From Lachnospiraceae bacterium (GTDB lineage Bacteria > Bacillota > Clostridia > Lachnospirales > Lachnospiraceae): a DNA stretch of 64,000 nt. This document shows positions 35,701 through 44,020 of the stretch, piece after piece (within the stretch, counting starts at the first letter, position 1; each line of letters starts with the position of its first letter). Below the pieces are notes generated by a model. That model saw nothing but the letters and a program-made list of their open reading frames with translations, was not told where the DNA came from and did not search any database. Where the stretch lies: contig JAJQBC010000005.1 of the NCBI GenBank assembly GCA_021203465.1, forward strand, positions 7,866-71,865. Reading direction: 5' to 3'. The translations under genes were made by a program, and so were the position numbers.

Positions 35701-38700
35701 TTTTCCGCTCTCATTGGAATAGTAGAGATTGCGGTAGGCCGCCAGAATATCTTCCATATAATAGTAGCCGTGCCCCGCGATATAGACCAGACGGTTGACC
35801 TCTGAGAGTTCATAGTCGCTTCCGTATTTTCCCTTAAAAGGCTGGTTTTCCGCGATATAAGATTTCGTATACTGGTAACCGACGAAGCTATCCGACTCGT
35901 CCATAAGAGCGACGAGCGCGTTCTCCTTCACCAGCATGTTTCCCTCGTCCTCGCTCCAGGCCGCTGCGATCGTACCATCCTGTATAAGGCTCAGTTCCGA
36001 GAGGAGATAGACGGTGAAACCCGCACCCTCGAGCGCCGTGCCGGCTGTATTTCCGGAGGACGCGCTCTCCCCTCCGGTCGTCAACTTGCGGATCTGGAAA
36101 CCGGCCTTGATGACCTGCTGCTCCGACACGCCGTCCGTCTCATTCCTGCGGTAAATCTGCTCCGCCTCGACGAGCGTGCCCTCCTGCATCTCGTCCTGAT
36201 AGAGGAAGGAATAATGGTATTTCTGCGGATTTCCATCCCCATCCGTCGCCGCCAGATAGCCCGGCGCGAAGGAGAGCCAGTGTATTTCCGCACTCTCCTC
36301 GTCATTATTGTCCGTCGAGAAGAGGACGACTGAGCTGCGAATCTCCTCGACCAGATCATATTCTCCGAGGTACAGCCCGTTCATCTCGAATTCTCCGTCC
36401 GCGATCACAGCGCTCGCGACCTTCGCGCCCGCCTGCAGCGTCACGTCCTGCAGCGTCCAGGTGTCCGCATAGCCGTCCCCGTCCGTATCTATAAAGACCT
36501 GCTGTTCCTCGAGCACCGCAAACCAGCCGTTGTGCTTCGCGCCGCCGTACATGCCGTCCGGATGCCGGATGCCGCCGTAGGAAACGTTCTTCGCCTCGAC
36601 GCTCACATATCCGGCTTTGCTGTCCGTATAATCAAAATACAGCTTTCCCCCGCTGAGGTATGCATGCGGATAATCCTGATACGCATTCGTCCCCAAATCC
36701 GTAAAAGCAGAACCGTCGTCATCTCCATCATAAATAATGCGGTATCCGCCCGCGGCAATCGGCTGCGCCCAGAAAAGCTTTCCGTCCAGCGTGCCCTCCA
36801 GATACTGCACCTCAAAGCTGCTGTCCTCCGACACATAGAGCGAGTAGATGGCTCCGTCGAGCCCCGCGTCCCCGTGATCCGTTCCGGCCGCATAAGCCTC
36901 CGCGAGGTCGCCGTCCACATAGCGCTCCGCCTCCGCGTCCTGCTTTGAAAATTTCAGATAGCCATAGCCGCGTTCATCGATGAAAGAGTATTCCACCGCA
37001 TCGGTCACGCTCGCCTGTGTATGGTCGGTCCGCGCCGCCGCTTCCTGCGAGGCACCGTCACAGACGACCTCGCCCACCTGCAGGAAATCCCGGTCATGGA
37101 AGCCGCTCCTCACATTCAGCACAGCGGCCTCATCCCCCGCATAGGAATGATAATTGATCGCGATGTCCGTGTAGGTTCCATAATACGTGATGCGCGACGC
37201 GGAAGAGAGATTGTCGTCATAGCTGTCCGCATTGACCGTTGTCCCCACAAAGTGCAGCTGCACATCTGCGCTCTTCACCAGAGCGAAATACGTATCTGAC
37301 TTCTGCGAATCCCGGCTGATCAAAAGCCCGCTCTCCCCGCTCAGATACTGATTCCAATATCGATCCCAGAACACGTTCAGCACATCCTGCACGGCACTGC
37401 CCAGAGCGTAGCGCTGCAGTGCGATCATCTCCTGAAGGCCGAACTGTTCATAGGTAAGCGCGTCATAATCATCCAGAGTCCCCACATCGTTCGCATAGTA
37501 GGCGTTTTCATAGCCCTCATGACCGTCCGTCAGCATATAGGTGGCGTATTGGTTCGTATCCTCACAGAGATTCAGGTAATGCACGAGTTTCTCCGTGCTG
37601 GCCTGTTCACCTGTCCCGTCCCGGTCGCTGTAATTTCCCAGATAACCGTTTCGCTCCCCGTCCGCAGGAGCGCTCTTCTCCACGATACAGAAACGCCCCA
37701 GATTGGCCTGTGTGTAGTAGAGCGTTCCATAGCTGTCATAGCCGTAGCTCACGCCTGTATCCGTATCCGTCGCGGAGCTGAAATTTGTCCCACAGTACTG
37801 ATCCGTCACGGAAATCCGATGCACCGTGTACATACCGATCACCGTGTCCGGCCAGCCCATCTCCTTCGCGATATCCGCGGTTACACGCACAATCTCATAA
37901 TTTTTCTGTCCCCAGGTCGTGTAATCGTCCGGATCGGCCGCCAGACCGTAATCCCGCTCCGCGACCGTCAACTGCCCGGTTGAGACCGAGAAGGCGCTGT
38001 CGTAACGGTAGGTGCCATCCGCGAGAATCGTTCCCGTATAATAGTAAAGCGTCACGGAACCATCCGCGTCCACAGCGGCAGCCACAAAATACAGGCCGTT
38101 TCCCTCACCCGTGTAGGACACCCCATCATCGGAATACAGAACGATCCCTGTATCCTCCATGCTCTCATAGACAAAAACCGTGCCTCCGGAGCTGTACTCG
38201 ATGTGCGCGCCGTCATCCTGCGCGGTGTAGACACTCTCCGTCCCTTCCGTGTCAGTATATACGTACTGCCAGAGACCGCTCGCCGCATCGACTTCGTAAG
38301 AGATCGTCCCTCCGTCTGCGGTCGTATAGAGCATCGCACCGGCTCCCAATATCTCTGTATCACTGATCGCAATCTGGTTTTCCATCTCGGCCAGAAGCTG
38401 ATACACGCCTTTTCCCGTCTCCACCAGCTCTGTTGTTTCATAATACAGAGTATCCGCCAAGCTGAGATCCTGACTGCTGTCAATCGTGATCTCCAGCCGC
38501 GCCAGATAATCTCCGGCCGCCGTGGGCGTATAGGACAACGCATACGCGTAGGGCGTCGCCAGATTATCCACCAGCTTCGCCACATCCAAGTTCCAGCTTT
38601 CGTACTCGTGCCCGCTCTCATCCGTCACGGTCAGCTCAGCGGCCGCAATCAGCTCCGTCTGCAGCGCCGACCCCTTCTCCCGGATCAGACCGCTCAGCAG

Positions 38701-41109
38701 CATCGACGGATAGAGCGTCTTTTTCTGCGCAGTCGCCTGAGCCGTCCACTGATAATATTCATAAATTTCAAATTCTGTGTCATAAAGAATCTGCGCGCCG
38801 CTCTCCAGATCAGTCTTATTGATAAAAATCTGATTGTACCACGGCTCGTCCGTGACATTTGTGTTCGATGCCCCGGAATCGCTGTCATTCCTTCCGCCGA
38901 CTGTCATCGTCCCGCCGTTGGAGACGATTTCCGAGTAAGTTCCTATTGTCGTAGCGCCATTCACATCCCTGCGATATCCGGCCAGAGGCAGCGTGACCTC
39001 CGCAAGCGTCCGTCCATTTGAATCATTCGCGCTTCCGCGCGTATACTGGTCGAGCTCCGTGACCGTATAGCGGTAAGTGCGCGACATATAGGAATCATAC
39101 TGTTCCTCGAGCGTGCCCTGCGCGCTCTCCTTCGCCTGCGTCCATGCATCCTGCTGCTCTTCGTAAATCTCCTCAAGCTCTTCCGCCGTGAGTTCGACGG
39201 AATCTCCCATGTAGGACACAGCCAGCACGTCGCCGACGCTCAGGGTCGCCGCTGCCGCGAGCGCCTCCGCCCACAGCGATTCATAGGTATCCTGATCGGT
39301 CTCCTCCCCGGGTTCCTTCATGTACTGGCTGTAGGATTCCCGGAAGCTGTGTTCATGCACAAAGCTCGTGTACGCATAACCGTTCGCGTCCGTCATGAGC
39401 TCGGTCTGATGGTCGCCGCCCGACGGCTCGACATCCTCATCCATATAGGGCACGGAAATTCCATAGTTGCCGGCCGAATCGGTATCTTCGCTCTCCACCA
39501 CCTGAAAACGCACGCCCTCCAGAAGCTCATTGGTGATAATGCTCTCCTTCGTGATCTCCACACAGTACTGCGCGGAGGCCTTCTTTTCCAGATCATAATT
39601 TTCAATATAGGGAATGAGCAGCTCACCCGCCACCGCGGATACCGGGGATGTCCCGATGCTCCAGGTAATAATCCACTGGGCGTTCGTCTGCGCCGGGCAG
39701 ACCCAGAAGCAAAGCTCCGCATGGCTGCCCGGATAATAATCGATGCCGCTCACATTGGTGAAGTCGTCGAAATCCAGAGTACCGTCCATATAATGATTGA
39801 TCGCATTGGAAAATGTACTCAGCGCGCCGTAGACGTAGCTCGCGTCGCCGCCGTAAATTTTTCCGGCCGCCTCGCTGATTCCGCCGTCGTTCCAGGCCAC
39901 GTCGATATCGAAATAGACGCTGTCGTCGGGCATATTGTTGATAATATACCAGATCGCGAGCTGCATCGCCGCGTAGTCGTGGGACTGCTGCTGCGTCGTC
40001 TTCAGGTAACAGTTCACCACACACTTGATCAGATTGTACTGATAACTGCTGAGCGCTGTCCCGTTCGGCGCAATGATCGATGAATAATCCACCTGCTCGT
40101 AATGCCAGCCTGTCCTGTACGAGCCGCCATACAGGGCGCAGAATGCCGTGTGGCGCGTTCCACTGTTGTCTTTTGCATAGAGCTTCACGACCTTATCGTG
40201 AGCCCTACTGCTTCCCAGTGAGGAAATTACACCAAGCGCGCTCCCGCCCAGAGAACCGATCCCGGCGGATGTCAGAGACGACGGAACGTCATTCTCGCCG
40301 GACAGCAGCAAGACCCCGTAGAGATCCACGTACTCGCTCCGCCCCAGCGCCTCATAGACCCAGTCCGGGAGTTCCCGTCCACTCAGGTATCTGCCGGTAA
40401 TATAAGAAAAATTATATTCCGCCTCCGCCATGCTGCGCAGAGTTTCTATCGTGAATCCCGAGAAAATCGTCCCGCGGAAGAAATGCGCCAGATCCATCCC
40501 TTCTTCCGCCAACTCGATGATCTCCTCCACATCGTCGGTGTAAATTTCCGGGATTTCATTTCCATCCTCATCTACGGCGTAGACAAAATTCCCGCTGCAG
40601 GCCGGATCTCCGTAGCCATAATTGTCGTATGGAGTGATTTCGTCCTGCTCTGCCTGTTCGACTGCTTCCTCCGTGGCGACAACGATTTCCACGGCTTCAC
40701 TCCCGTCGTCGTCCGTCTCCTCTTCCTCCGTAATCTCTGTCTCGTCACCGCCTTCATCGGAAATCCCCATGAGCTGCTCTTCCGCATCATTTTCCTCTGC
40801 CGAAGAGGCCTCGCCATCGGAGTCCTCCTGAATCCGTCCGTCCGTTTCCTGATCTGCCCTGTCCGGATTCTCCGTATCTGACTCTTCCGTTTCCGGCTCC
40901 TGCGCATCGAAATCCGACTCCTCTTCGCCTGATTCCCCGTCGCTCTGTCCCTCCGTGTTCTGACTCTCCGTGCACGGTTCTTCTGTGCTCTCTCCCAACG
41001 ACGCCGTGTAGGAATCATCCGCGCGCGATATCATACCCGCTGACGGAGCGGAGCAAAACAGAACCGTGGCCAGAAGCAGGCACAGGCAGCGCTCTGCTGT
41101 TTTTTTCAT
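32743..41109 (-). CDS. giant surface adhesin (2788 aa from MKKTAERC) with a thioester-like domain and many CnaB/SpaA-type repeats
   Basis: Signal peptide MKKTAERCLCLLLATVLFCSAPSAG, a roughly 130-aa poly-acidic region, FCALYGG plus AMQLAIWYI (thioester-domain Cys and Gln motifs), and repeated GxYxLxExxAPxGY-type motifs (YRLEELNAPDGY, YEVREIAAPYGF, YYIQELTPPDGY). It ends at a TGA in the middle of a domain. Confidence 0.85.
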   Translation of the reverse strand: MKKTAERCLCLLLATVLFCSAPSAGMISRADDSYTASLGESTEEPCTESQNTEGQSDGESGEEESDFDAQEPETEESDTENPDRADQETDGRIQEDSDGEASSAEENDAEEQLMGISDEGGDETEITEEEETDDDGSEAVEIVVATEEAVEQAEQDEITPYDNYGYGDPACSGNFVYAVDEDGNEIPEIYTDDVEEIIELAEEGMDLAHFFRGTIFSGFTIETLRSMAEAEYNFSYITGRYLSGRELPDWVYEALGRSEYVDLYGVLLLSGENDVPSSLTSAGIGSLGGSALGVISSLGSSRAHDKVVKLYAKDNSGTRHTAFCALYGGSYRTGWHYEQVDYSSIIAPNGTALSSYQYNLIKCVVNCYLKTTQQQSHDYAAMQLAIWYIINNMPDDSVYFDIDVAWNDGGISEAAGKIYGGDASYVYGALSTFSNAINHYMDGTLDFDDFTNVSGIDYYPGSHAELCFWVCPAQTNAQWIITWSIGTSPVSAVAGELLIPYIENYDLEKKASAQYCVEITKESIITNELLEGVRFQVVESEDTDSAGNYGISVPYMDEDVEPSGGDHQTELMTDANGYAYTSFVHEHSFRESYSQYMKEPGEETDQDTYESLWAEALAAAATLSVGDVLAVSYMGDSVELTAEELEEIYEEQQDAWTQAKESAQGTLEEQYDSYMSRTYRYTVTELDQYTRGSANDSNGRTLAEVTLPLAGYRRDVNGATTIGTYSEIVSNGGTMTVGGRNDSDSGASNTNVTDEPWYNQIFINKTDLESGAQILYDTEFEIYEYYQWTAQATAQKKTLYPSMLLSGLIREKGSALQTELIAAAELTVTDESGHEYESWNLDVAKLVDNLATPYAYALSYTPTAAGDYLARLEITIDSSQDLSLADTLYYETTELVETGKGVYQLLAEMENQIAISDTEILGAGAMLYTTADGGTISYEVDAASGLWQYVYTDTEGTESVYTAQDDGAHIEYSSGGTVFVYESMEDTGIVLYSDDGVSYTGEGNGLYFVAAAVDADGSVTLYYYTGTILADGTYRYDSAFSVSTGQLTVAERDYGLAADPDDYTTWGQKNYEIVRVTADIAKEMGWPDTVIGMYTVHRISVTDQYCGTNFSSATDTDTGVSYGYDSYGTLYYTQANLGRFCIVEKSAPADGERNGYLGNYSDRDGTGEQASTEKLVHYLNLCEDTNQYATYMLTDGHEGYENAYYANDVGTLDDYDALTYEQFGLQEMIALQRYALGSAVQDVLNVFWDRYWNQYLSGESGLLISRDSQKSDTYFALVKSADVQLHFVGTTVNADSYDDNLSSASRITYYGTYTDIAINYHSYAGDEAAVLNVRSGFHDRDFLQVGEVVCDGASQEAAARTDHTQASVTDAVEYSFIDERGYGYLKFSKQDAEAERYVDGDLAEAYAAGTDHGDAGLDGAIYSLYVSEDSSFEVQYLEGTLDGKLFWAQPIAAGGYRIIYDGDDDGSAFTDLGTNAYQDYPHAYLSGGKLYFDYTDSKAGYVSVEAKNVSYGGIRHPDGMYGGAKHNGWFAVLEEQQVFIDTDGDGYADTWTLQDVTLQAGAKVASAVIADGEFEMNGLYLGEYDLVEEIRSSVVLFSTDNNDEESAEIHWLSFAPGYLAATDGDGNPQKYHYSFLYQDEMQEGTLVEAEQIYRRNETDGVSEQQVIKAGFQIRKLTTGGESASSGNTAGTALEGAGFTVYLLSELSLIQDGTIAAAWSEDEGNMLVKENALVALMDESDSFVGYQYTKSYIAENQPFKGKYGSDYELSEVNRLVYIAGHGYYYMEDILAAYRNLYYSNESGKWDFSGEEQAVARMYEDDETMVAAINADYTYKANRLNSGSPCEWYGVNGISEGWVATGVENEYRLSEIFTNHYGNLRSPELPWGAYLVVETTTPEDVFTVDPLFVTVSDSSTSENRAKSVAQTDASIVASLILVKRDAQSGQTVTQSGISFRIWDYQNNQYVSKYLSGPDGELTMIAQRVFSTDESGRLNAVASLEAGTYRLEELNAPDGYYNLYLDSGYGTVDFEVTTDRRYQASGIVSSGNLDYLYIGETMYDDEVLGKLSILKTGEVLTDYDEDESDFVYEERPLADAVYEITAAEDIPTQDGSGWWFREGDVVATVTTGEEGEYVSFEPNYRTAENTGGGSYDYTYYYGSGTSFTSSKEYSGEQFSSSGGVANYWIAGRMSELDQALYGIPAYTDETVYPNTYYKEQTQQILRHYYREGASEEPVVTDYVTRLDAESGLASSEAGILTETAEGYRLTWTSQQLYSGAYLTQNGEDTVLTLADGSGITLEPCTDVYQVTESHVDGWAQGDLVECTESGYRISHTTEVQPGVSGGAQTDAAVDLGYTRVMSYRSAAIVEQGDGSFILYDETGNPIVTMESGLYETSSGALVVRTSSGWSVTETRCEEISDNRYVQAELSLQGGTLTVKNETWTLLWDAASQIFRTTGGNTVELAADGASVTVTVAGIQTSYQVYELTLEYTLHYATAEPIVRVENDGTLGTVSVYLPLGSYEVREIAAPYGFLLSAQTQTVELTYVDQTTEVVFDAQEDFLNFYNQRIKPWSTSEEEQRKLGVGVYKADAGSGALLLGARFGLYTADDIYNVDGELLVEAGALLACATTDADGFANFAVNIALMSKYQDEDAAEAELIYQASVSGDTVERSIDGNTALNTGNYYIQELTPPDGYLMDDTVYPVSFAYEDEYTLYIPVYAEHENEPTAVTLTKMDLTGEEEVSGATISVYRILDSSLLDKDGQISHAQDNLALVDTWVSTEEAHTVEGLWLSNSE

Positions 41110-41214
41110 TTTTAATGCCCTTTCCAGCACAAAAAGTGTGCAAACTACCTTCACCCGCAGCACCTGCCTCTGCGGGCGATCTCTATGCATTTTCATTTGG
41201 GGAATTCACCGATG

Positions 41215-41435
41215 AAACATCGGCGTTCGATTTTTTTGGACGTTTTTATTCTAATACGGCAAGAAGATTTTGTCAAATGAAATATGAAAAGCCCTTAACT
41301 CGCGAATACGCAAAGAAAAGATGGGTTCAAAACACTTTTTGTATTGTTTTGAACCCATCTTTGGTCAGTCCCTGCCGTATGCAGTTCCTGTAACAAATCG
41401 CCCTCGACATCCATCTGTCGACTTTCTTTCTGACT
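41215..41435 (-). repeat. degenerate, inverted copy C of the long palindrome family
   Basis: The minus strand reads GATGGATGTCGAGGGCGATTTGTTACAGGAACTGCATACGGCAGGGACTGACCAAAGATGGGTTCAAAACAATACAAAAAGTGTTTTGAACCCATC, matching the left arm and apex of copies A and B. The other arm is only patchily recognisable (GCCGTAT..., AAAATCG...). Confidence 0.7.
41248..41276 (-). promoter_or_regulatory. candidate promoter of the adhesin operon, embedded in the decayed arm of copy C
   Basis: Minus strand reads TTGACA, a 17-nt spacer, then TAGAAT. The 5' UTR of about 130 nt contains the CCCGCAG...CTGCGGG hairpin. Confidence 0.45.
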
Positions 41436-41440
41436 CTGGT

Positions 41441-42226
41441 TCAGCCTTGCGTATAGCGTGCGAGGAACTGGCGCGTCCGCTCCTGATGCAGGTCGCCGAA
41501 AACCTGCTCTGGCGCTCCTTGCTCCACGATGTAACCGTCGTCCATGAAGATCACCTGACTCGCCACATCGCGCGCGAAGGCCATCTCGTGCGTTACAATC
41601 ACCATTGTCATCTTCTGATCGGCAAGAGAGCGGATCACCTTCAGCACTTCTCCTGTCAGCTCCGGGTCGAGCGCGGAGGTCGGCTCGTCGAAGCAAAGAA
41701 TATCCGGAGCCAAAGTGAGCGCACGCGCGATCGCCACACGCTGGCATTGGCCGCCCGAGAGCTGATGCGGATAATTCTGCATCCGATCCGCGAGTCCCAT
41801 ATCCCGGAGAAGCTGCTGGGCCTGCGCCTCGATCTCGTCATGAATCTCTTTTTTCCTTGCCTTGTAGTCCGGCTGTTCCTTCGCCAGCAGCTCCTTCGCC
41901 AGCATCACGTTCTGCAGCGCCGTGTACTGCGGGAACAGGTTGAAGGACTGAAAGACCAGTCCAAAGTGAAGTCTCCTCTTGCGGATCTCGGCGTCGTTCT
42001 TCGTACCGGTCTCCGCCGCGTCGAACACCGTCTCGCCGTTCACCCGGATCACGCCTCCTTGCGGCCGCTCCAGAAAATTCAGGCAACGCAGCAGCGTCGT
42101 CTTGCCACTGCCCGACGAACCGATGATCGAGAGCACCTCGCTCTTTTCCAGAGAAAAGCTGATGTCCTTCAGAACCTCTGTGTTTCCAAAAGATTTACAA
42201 ATATGTTCCGCTTCCAGAATCGGCAT
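41441..42226 (-). CDS. polar amino-acid ABC transporter ATP-binding protein
   Basis: Walker A GSSGSGKTT, signature LSGGQCQRVAIARAL, Walker B LCFDEPTSALD, 261 aa, GlnQ-like. Confidence 0.93.
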   Translation of the reverse strand: MPILEAEHICKSFGNTEVLKDISFSLEKSEVLSIIGSSGSGKTTLLRCLNFLERPQGGVIRVNGETVFDAAETGTKNDAEIRKRRLHFGLVFQSFNLFPQYTALQNVMLAKELLAKEQPDYKARKKEIHDEIEAQAQQLLRDMGLADRMQNYPHQLSGGQCQRVAIARALTLAPDILCFDEPTSALDPELTGEVLKVIRSLADQKMTMVIVTHEMAFARDVASQVIFMDDGYIVEQGAPEQVFGDLHQERTRQFLARYTQG

Positions 42227-42239
42227 CTTACACTCCCCC

Positions 42240-42926
42240 TTATTGGAAATAATTCAGCTTCTGCTCGAGCCGCCCAAGGGCGATTGTCAGAATCCCGATA
42301 AACACCAGATAATAAACCGCCGTGAAGAACAGTGGCCAGATCGCGCCGGAGATTCCCTGCGAGCCCTTCATGAAGGCCTGCCCCGCCCAGATGACTTCCT
42401 GCAATGCGATGATGCGCGCGAGGGACGTGTCCTTCACGAGCGTGATGATCTCATTCGACATCGGCGGCACAATCCGCTTGATCATCTGCAGCAGTGTGAC
42501 CCGGAAAAAGATCTGCGTCCGTGTCATACCCAGCACAAGGCCTGCCTCCTGCTGACCGATCGGCACACTCTGGATACCGCCGCGATAGATTTCCGAGAAA
42601 TAACAGGCATAGTTAAAAATGAAAGCGACAGCAGCCGCCATGAAACGTCCGGACTCCCCGCCACCCCAGATCGCGTTGCCCAACACAAGACCCGGGAAGT
42701 AATAGATGATCAGAAGCTGAATCATCAGCGGCGTACCGCGAACAATCCACACAACTGTCTTCGTAAAGGCGCTCAGCGGCTTAAAACGCGACATGGAGCC
42801 GAAAGAAATGATCAACCCCAACGGAACCGCGCCGACGAGCGTCACCAGAAACAGTTTCAGAGTCTGCACAAAGCCTGCGTTCAGAGAACGTATGACAATC
42901 GGCAGCTGCTGCATGATCAGGTTCAT
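42240..42926 (-). CDS. amino-acid ABC transporter permease (His/Glu/Gln/Arg family)
   Basis: 228 aa with the EAA-loop QQEAGLVLGMTRTQIFFRVTL. Confidence 0.9.
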   Translation of the reverse strand: MNLIMQQLPIVIRSLNAGFVQTLKLFLVTLVGAVPLGLIISFGSMSRFKPLSAFTKTVVWIVRGTPLMIQLLIIYYFPGLVLGNAIWGGGESGRFMAAAVAFIFNYACYFSEIYRGGIQSVPIGQQEAGLVLGMTRTQIFFRVTLLQMIKRIVPPMSNEIITLVKDTSLARIIALQEVIWAGQAFMKGSQGISGAIWPLFFTAVYYLVFIGILTIALGRLEQKLNYFQ

Positions 42927-42965
42927 CGAAAGTACCTCCCTCTTATTCGTTTCCGGAAAAGTAAT

Positions 42966-42999
42966 AAAGAGCGGGCCGACTGACCGCTGCCCGCTCTTT
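42966..42999 (-). terminator. hairpin between the SBP and permease genes (possible partial terminator setting SBP excess)
   Basis: AAAGAGCGGGC, a 12-nt loop, then GCCCGCTCTTT. Only a weak U tract follows on the minus strand. Confidence 0.35.
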
Positions 43000-43012
43000 C
43001 ATCAATCATGTA

Positions 43013-43906
43013 TTACTGAGCAATGATGCTGTTCTCGATGCCGTAAGTCGTCGCGATCTCGACCATGCTACCGTCCGCGTAGCTCTCCGCGAAGAACTCG
43101 TTCAGCATCTCAACCAGATCGGAACCCTGACGGAATCCAACGCCGTACTCCTCGTCGACCAGCACGACACCCGTCGTGAGATCTTCATAGCTGGTGCCCT
43201 CGCCCACCATGGCTTCCGCCATCAGGAGGTCGATGATCGCCGCATCCGAGGTGCCCGCCGCAACCTCCATCAGCGCGTTCGCCTGATTACTGACAGAAGT
43301 ATAGGAAAGACCATTGTCTTCCGCAGCCGCCTCGCCGGCGCTGCCGGATTCTACTGCAAAGCTGAGATCCGCAAGGCTCTCCACATCCGCGTAGTCCTCC
43401 GCGACATCCGCTGCGAGAACAACGACCTGGGAATTGCTGCTGTAAGCGTTCGAACAATCCATCGCGCTCATGACCTCATCGGTCAGCGTCATGCCGTTCC
43501 ACACACAGTCGATCGTCTTGCCATCCAGCTCCAGAATCTTGTTGTCCCAGTCGATCTCGACGAACTCAACCGCTACGCCGAGGCTCTCCGCAAAAGCGGT
43601 CGCCATGTCGGCATCAAAGCCGATCCAGTTGCCATCCTCATCCTTGTAGTCCATCGGCTCGAAATCCGTGATACCGACAACCAGAGTACCCTTCTCCTGC
43701 ACATAGGCAAGATCACTGTCCGCATCAGCCGCCTCTTCAGCCTCCTCAGCCTCTTCCACCTCTTCAGTCTCCTCTTCGACTTCGGCCTCTTCCTCGTCCG
43801 TCGTCTCCTCGGTTTCCGTGGTGGTCTCCGTGGAACTTGAGCTGCCGCATCCGGCCATGCTGAGTACCATGACGCCCGTAAGCATCAACGCAAGTAACTT
43901 TTTCAT
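43013..43906 (-). CDS. amino-acid ABC transporter substrate-binding lipoprotein (family 3)
   Basis: Start at MKKLLALMLTGVMVLSMAGCGSS (lipobox), a roughly 45-aa Thr/Glu-rich linker, then the SBP fold (LVVGITDFEPMDYKD...). The ORF-track start at 44221 runs into repeat copy B. Confidence 0.9.
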   Translation of the reverse strand: MKKLLALMLTGVMVLSMAGCGSSSSTETTTETEETTDEEEAEVEEETEEVEEAEEAEEAADADSDLAYVQEKGTLVVGITDFEPMDYKDEDGNWIGFDADMATAFAESLGVAVEFVEIDWDNKILELDGKTIDCVWNGMTLTDEVMSAMDCSNAYSSNSQVVVLAADVAEDYADVESLADLSFAVESGSAGEAAAEDNGLSYTSVSNQANALMEVAAGTSDAAIIDLLMAEAMVGEGTSYEDLTTGVVLVDEEYGVGFRQGSDLVEMLNEFFAESYADGSMVEIATTYGIENSIIAQ

Positions 43907-43973
43907 AATGTTCTCCTCCTTATCTTCGTTTCGCTGCCACTCTACCAGAGTAAAGCACATCTGCAACGAAAAA

Positions 43974-44002
43974 ATCATAACAGCACATCCTGCAAATGTC
44001 AA
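43974..44002 (-). promoter_or_regulatory. candidate promoter of the ABC transporter operon
   Basis: Minus strand reads TTGACA, a 17-nt spacer, then TATGAT. It abuts the base of hairpin copy B. Confidence 0.5.
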
Positions 44003-44020
44003 GAAAAACTGTAAGCACTC

